In this document: in pieces, positions 59,014 through 64,000 of the stretch
Layout of the letters: the number at the start of each line of letters is the position of its first letter
How positions within the stretch are numbered: position 1 is the first letter of the stretch
The notes under the pieces: generated by a model
Seen by the model: only the letters and a program-made list of their open reading frames with translations
What the model was told of the DNA's origin: nothing
The model's database searches: none
NCBI GenBank assembly: GCA_951406725.2
Contig: OX597817.1
Location: 37,510,001-37,574,000, forward strand
From: Octopus vulgaris
Lineage: Eukaryota
Direction of reading: 5' to 3'
Length of the DNA stretch: 64,000 nt
Translations under genes and position numbers: made by a program

Positions 59014-60369
59014 ATTATTCCAACTCTATTTAAATTCCCTACAGAAGCCCGACTCCACAACGACAAACTTGTAACACCTTACAACGAGAGCATAAAGATG
59101 GACAAAATGCTACTAAGCATTTTGTCCGGCATGCTAGCGATTCCGCTAACTCCCTGCCTTAAAAGAACATGAAGTACTCAGAGTCAAACGCAATTAATTC
59201 ACATCACTGACAACATCACTGCAATTATTAAAACCAAACTCACTACTCGACGAGGACTCTATAAGTGGACATTCTACCCGCTTGAGATAACAGGCAAAAT
59301 CTCTTTCAAATCACAGCAGGCTATCTTTAAAAAACAATGGAGGTAAAGCATATTTTAATATGTATCCCTAGACAGGCTATGTTTGAACAAAGACCTGTAA
59401 ATGCTTTAATCATAGATTTTTTTTTAATCAGGGCTAAATTTGTAGTGGTGGTGGTGGTTATGGTGGTGTTGGTGTGGTTAAACAACAACAAAATCTAAGA
59501 CGACGAGTTCTAATACTTCTACTACAAACTCTTTTCAATATTCTCAATTTCCTAGCCTTTTCCTTTTTGTTCTCTTTCATCTTCATATTTACTCTTCCAA
59601 TCACCCTCTATCGTTCTATATTTATCTCCTTGCATCCCCCTTCTCCATCTCATCTCTCTCTCCCTCTCTCTCCCTCTCTCCCCCTCTCTCTCTCTCTTTC
59701 TCTTTCTTTCTATCTCAAGCTCTCTCTCTCTCTCTCTCTCTCTTCTCTTCCCTCTCTCTATTTCTCTTTCTAAGTTTCGCTCTTTTTCTCCTATCCCTTT
59801 TTTTATACACCCTTTCACAAACTTTTTGTTACTTTATTATTATTTAATGTTAGAAATTACTATTTAAGTAAACTCACCCATACCCATTGCCAGTTTTTTC
59901 TTCATTTTTTTTTTTTTGCATTTTTGCTTATTTTTAATTTTAATTTTACTATCAATATATTTCTTCTTTCATTTAAATATGGCACCAAAGATCATACTTT
60001 GAACATTTCGCTCGTATTTGTATTTCTTTCGTCTTATTAGAATTATAGTCTTAGAAATGACACAAGATAATCATTAAAACAAGAAAATCGGAAAAAAATG
60101 GAAGCTAAAACGGAAACTAAAACTAACAAAAACAAAATGGCGGTTTCGTAACCAAACTGAAACCAATAAATTCAATATCTGACGTCTGTAATTAAAAACA
60201 AAAATAACCAGAAAATGTCAAAGACATCGGATTCATCGAAGAAAGAAAGCCTGGAGGGGAGTAAAACAGAACAGGGGTGAATGTTTATGACCACGATTAC
60301 AATTATTATTGATATTACTGTTATTCCTTCGATCGATGGCAAAGTTTGTATAATGACGGACAAAAATGC

Positions 60370-61312
60370 CCAGCCTGGGTAGACTTTAACTTTCATCCTT
60401 TCAGAGTTGATAAAATAAATTATGTAGAAGCAGTAAGATCGATTAAATCGATTATACCCTTCACTTCAAATTTCTGACCTTGTGCTTATGTAAATAGAAA
60501 TTAAGAGTAGTGAAATGACAGAATTGTCAGATCGTTAGAATAAATGTTTTCTGATATTTCTTCCGATTCTTAACTGTCTGCTTTCAAATCTCGACGAAGT
60601 CAGCCTTGCCTTTCAGCATTTTGGGGATGTCAAATACTTTTTAAAATAATAGCTACTGACTAGAATTTATTTATATATTCTTTTCTACTCTAGGCACAAG
60701 GCCTGAATTTTTTGTGGGGAGGGGACCAGTCGATTAGATCTACCCCAATACGCAACTAGTACTTAATTTAGCGACCCCGAAATGATGAAAGGCAAGGTCG
60801 ACCTCGGTGGAATTTGAACTCGCCCGGCGTGCTGACGTTTCTGCCACCTCGCCGCCTTAGAATTTATTTCATATTGTCTTAGTTATCGTATATATATTTT
60901 TTTTTCTCTATGCATCAAAGGAAGACAGTAAGATGGTATATTAAAACATTGGCTTGAAATTTTAGCACAAGACCAATAATTGCGGGGGAGATGGAAAAAC
61001 TGGTACATATTTTATCGACTCAGAAAGGATGAAAGGCAAAGTCGACCTGGACGGAACTTGAACTCAGAATGTAAAGTCGGAAGAAATACCTATTTCTTTA
61101 CTACCCACAAGGGGCTAAACACAGAGGAGACAAACAAGAACAGACAGACGGATTAAGTCGATTACATCGGCCCCAACGCGTAACTGGTACTTAATTTATC
61201 GACCCAGAACGGATGAAAGGCAACTTGAACTTGAACTCAGAACGTAAAGTCGGAAGAAATGCCACTAAGATTTTTGTCTGGTGTGGTAATGATTCTGCTA
61301 ACTTGCCGCCTT
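60370..61312. mobile_element. Cluster of SINE family B copies
   Basis: Diverged plus pieces at 60380-60640, minus copies at 60681-60858 and 60950-61312. Confidence 0.8.
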
Positions 61313-61651
61313 GGTATATTTAAATATTAGCAGTCATTTAATCAATTAAGCGTGCGCTAAGCTACTGAGCAAATTCTAAATAATTCTTGTGAAGGATCAC
61401 CAAATAAAATATCATTTCATTTCGGCAGTGGTAAATCTAAAGCTTGATTCGATGCTAGAGCTAGCGATGTTTTGTACAACTGCTATGGCAGTTTCTAGCA
61501 GCAAAAGATTATTGGTTTGGTTTCCGTTAAAAAAAAATTAAGCACAATTTTTGCTTTCAAATCTGATTTAGATAGATAGACGCATTATATTTTCATGCAA
61601 TGCTATTCTATGTTGCTTATGCAATAATTCGCATTTGTGTGTGTGTGTGTG

Positions 61652-61689
<38 letters not shown>

Positions 61690-61827
61690 CTGGTAAACTG
61701 TATACTTTATACATCTATGAGTGTCATGAAATATCCATATGCATTCGTGAGCAACATCACACACACACACACACACATATATACACGTGTGTGTATGTGC
61801 GTATTATATGTATATATAAGGTATACA

Positions 61828-61874
<47 letters not shown>

Positions 61875-62064
61875 GTGTATGTGTATTTGTAAATATATAA
61901 ACCATTTATGCGGTCTATATATATATACACTCACTTCGTGTATATACTAGAGGATAACGTGATTACAAAATATTTGAATATACCAAAAAATTTCTATTTT
62001 ATCAGCGTATACACATGATCATATGCATATATATATATATATATATATATACGTGTGTGTGTGC

Positions 62065-62116
<52 letters not shown>

Positions 62117-62617
62117 ATACACTCACACGTATGAATGTATACTTGTATATATACATTTATAGATATGTGTGTGCATTTACTAATGTATACTTAATCTTGT
62201 TTATTTAATTTTTCTTCATCCAAATATGTTTGTCTTTTGTTTTTGTTTTTTTTTTTTGTTTTTTTATGTTTAATACTATATCTTATTCCATTCTTTTCTC
62301 TTGTTACTTATCTTTTCATAGAAAATATTTTTCGTCCAATACAATTTTGATCTACCATCTTGAGGCAATACTTTGTCATTCTGGATATTATTTATCTCTT
62401 TAGATTTTTGTTCCTGCTTTTTAAGAGTTTCAGTATATTACATTCTATTTGCCCTACGTAACATGTACATATCTGTCTATTCATCTATCTGTCTATCTGT
62501 CTGTCTGCCTGTCTGTCAGTCTATCTATCTGTGTCTGTCTATGTATGTATCTTTTATGTGTATGTGCATGCGTGTATATGTGTTTGTATGTAAATGCATA
62601 CATATTCAGCAAATGGA

Positions 62618-62681
<64 letters not shown>

Positions 62682-62751
62682 TGTTTGCTGAATTCGTTTA
62701 AGGTATGATAGAACACTCTATAAGCTATATCTATTTATCTATCTATCTAGC

Positions 62752-62787
<36 letters not shown>

Positions 62788-62797
62788 TGTATGTATA

Positions 62798-62839
<42 letters not shown>

Positions 62840-63429
62840 CTTTTGTATATATTTGTACATTTATATGTATTTTGAATACATCTCTACAAAATTAATATAT
62901 GTTTCTAAGTAGGATTGCAATTTCAGTTATGATATATGTGCATTTATATATTTGCAGACGTTATAATTGTGTTAAAATAAGAAGAGGAATGTTTTATATT
63001 CTGGCATTTTATTTATCTATTTATTTTTTTATATCGTAACTTATCGAACAATATATAGGTATAGCCTTTTTCTATAAGTGGTATGCGTTTTGTAGACTTA
63101 GTGGGGCTGTTTTTATCATTCCATCAACGATAACAGCTAACTGTATTATACCTAATCATGGCGTTCTGGAATTGAGTTATGAATTTGCAAAGCTGTTATT
63201 TATCGTTAGACAGAATTCCCTGTAGTGTTTCTTCTGGACACTGTTCTACAGTTTCAAATGGTACTGAGGTTAATTTTGTCCAATTTTATTTCGCTGATGT
63301 TGATAAAGTAGGAGTCAAATTCAAGGGGCGATTCTTCTGTCGGATTTGGCTACGTTACTCTAGCATAAAAAAGTGTTATGCTAACGTAATTGTTACGACA
63401 CGTCCATAAATGGTCATGAATATAATAAT

Positions 63430-63870
63430 GGCTTCAAATTTTTGCACAGGATGGATAATTTTCAGGGATCGGTTAGTCAATTAGATCGACCCCAGTATCT
63501 AACTGGTACTTGATCGACCTCGAAAGAAAGAAAAGCAGAATCGTCCTCGGCAGGATTTGAATTCAGAACGTAAAGAATTGGAAGAAATTATATTAAGCAT
63601 TTTACCCCACGTGTAAAGGATTCTGCTAACTCGCTGCCTTAATAATAATGATTATCATTTCTACTATAGGCACAGGGCCTGAAATTTGTGGGAAAGAGAC
63701 TAGTGGATTACATCGACCCAAGTACTCAACTGGTACTTATTTTATCGACTCCGATAGGATGAAAGTTAAAGTCGACTTCGATGGAATTTAAACTCAGAAC
63801 GTAAAGACGGACAAAATGCTACTAAACATTTCGTCCGGCGTGCTAACGATTCTGTCAGCTCGCCGTCTTA
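63430..63870 (-). mobile_element. Two tandem SINE family B copies
   Basis: 63430-63641 and 63657-63870. Confidence 0.8.
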
Positions 63871-63900
63871 ATAATAATGATGATAATAATAATAATAATA

Positions 63901-63955
<55 letters not shown>

Positions 63956-64000
63956 TAACAATAATAATAACAACAATAATAATAACAATATTATGATATG

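Overview
AT-rich, microsatellite-dense animal genomic DNA, most likely octopus (inferred from recognisable octopod tRNA-derived SINE families). It is not prokaryotic and has no CRISPR, rRNA or intact tRNA genes. Nearly all ORF-track entries are artefacts of (AT)n, (GT)n or (GATA)n tracts. The only convincing coding sequence is a 99-nt phase 0-0 exon (30329-30427, +) of a tetraspanin large extracellular loop. No other tetraspanin exon was recognisable, so the window appears to be two very long introns. These hold at least 25 SINE copies (about 5 families), decayed LINE fragments (CR1-like, RTE, RTE-X/Proto2-like, R4/Dong), a deleted hAT transposon with a perfect 8-bp TSD, and MITEs. A probable decayed Cys-rich repeat gene lies on the minus strand (about 11.7-16.8 kb). 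The most notable signal is a set of short non-coding elements carrying type I hammerhead ribozymes with palindromic stem III, of the Penelope/retrozyme type. One hammerhead is essentially perfect (56091-56136). One element looks like a circularly permuted 357-nt monomer (39065-39434). Several sit at the hinge of long fold-back palindromes. All alignments, folds and identities were read by eye, and family assignments come from recalled motifs, not database searches.
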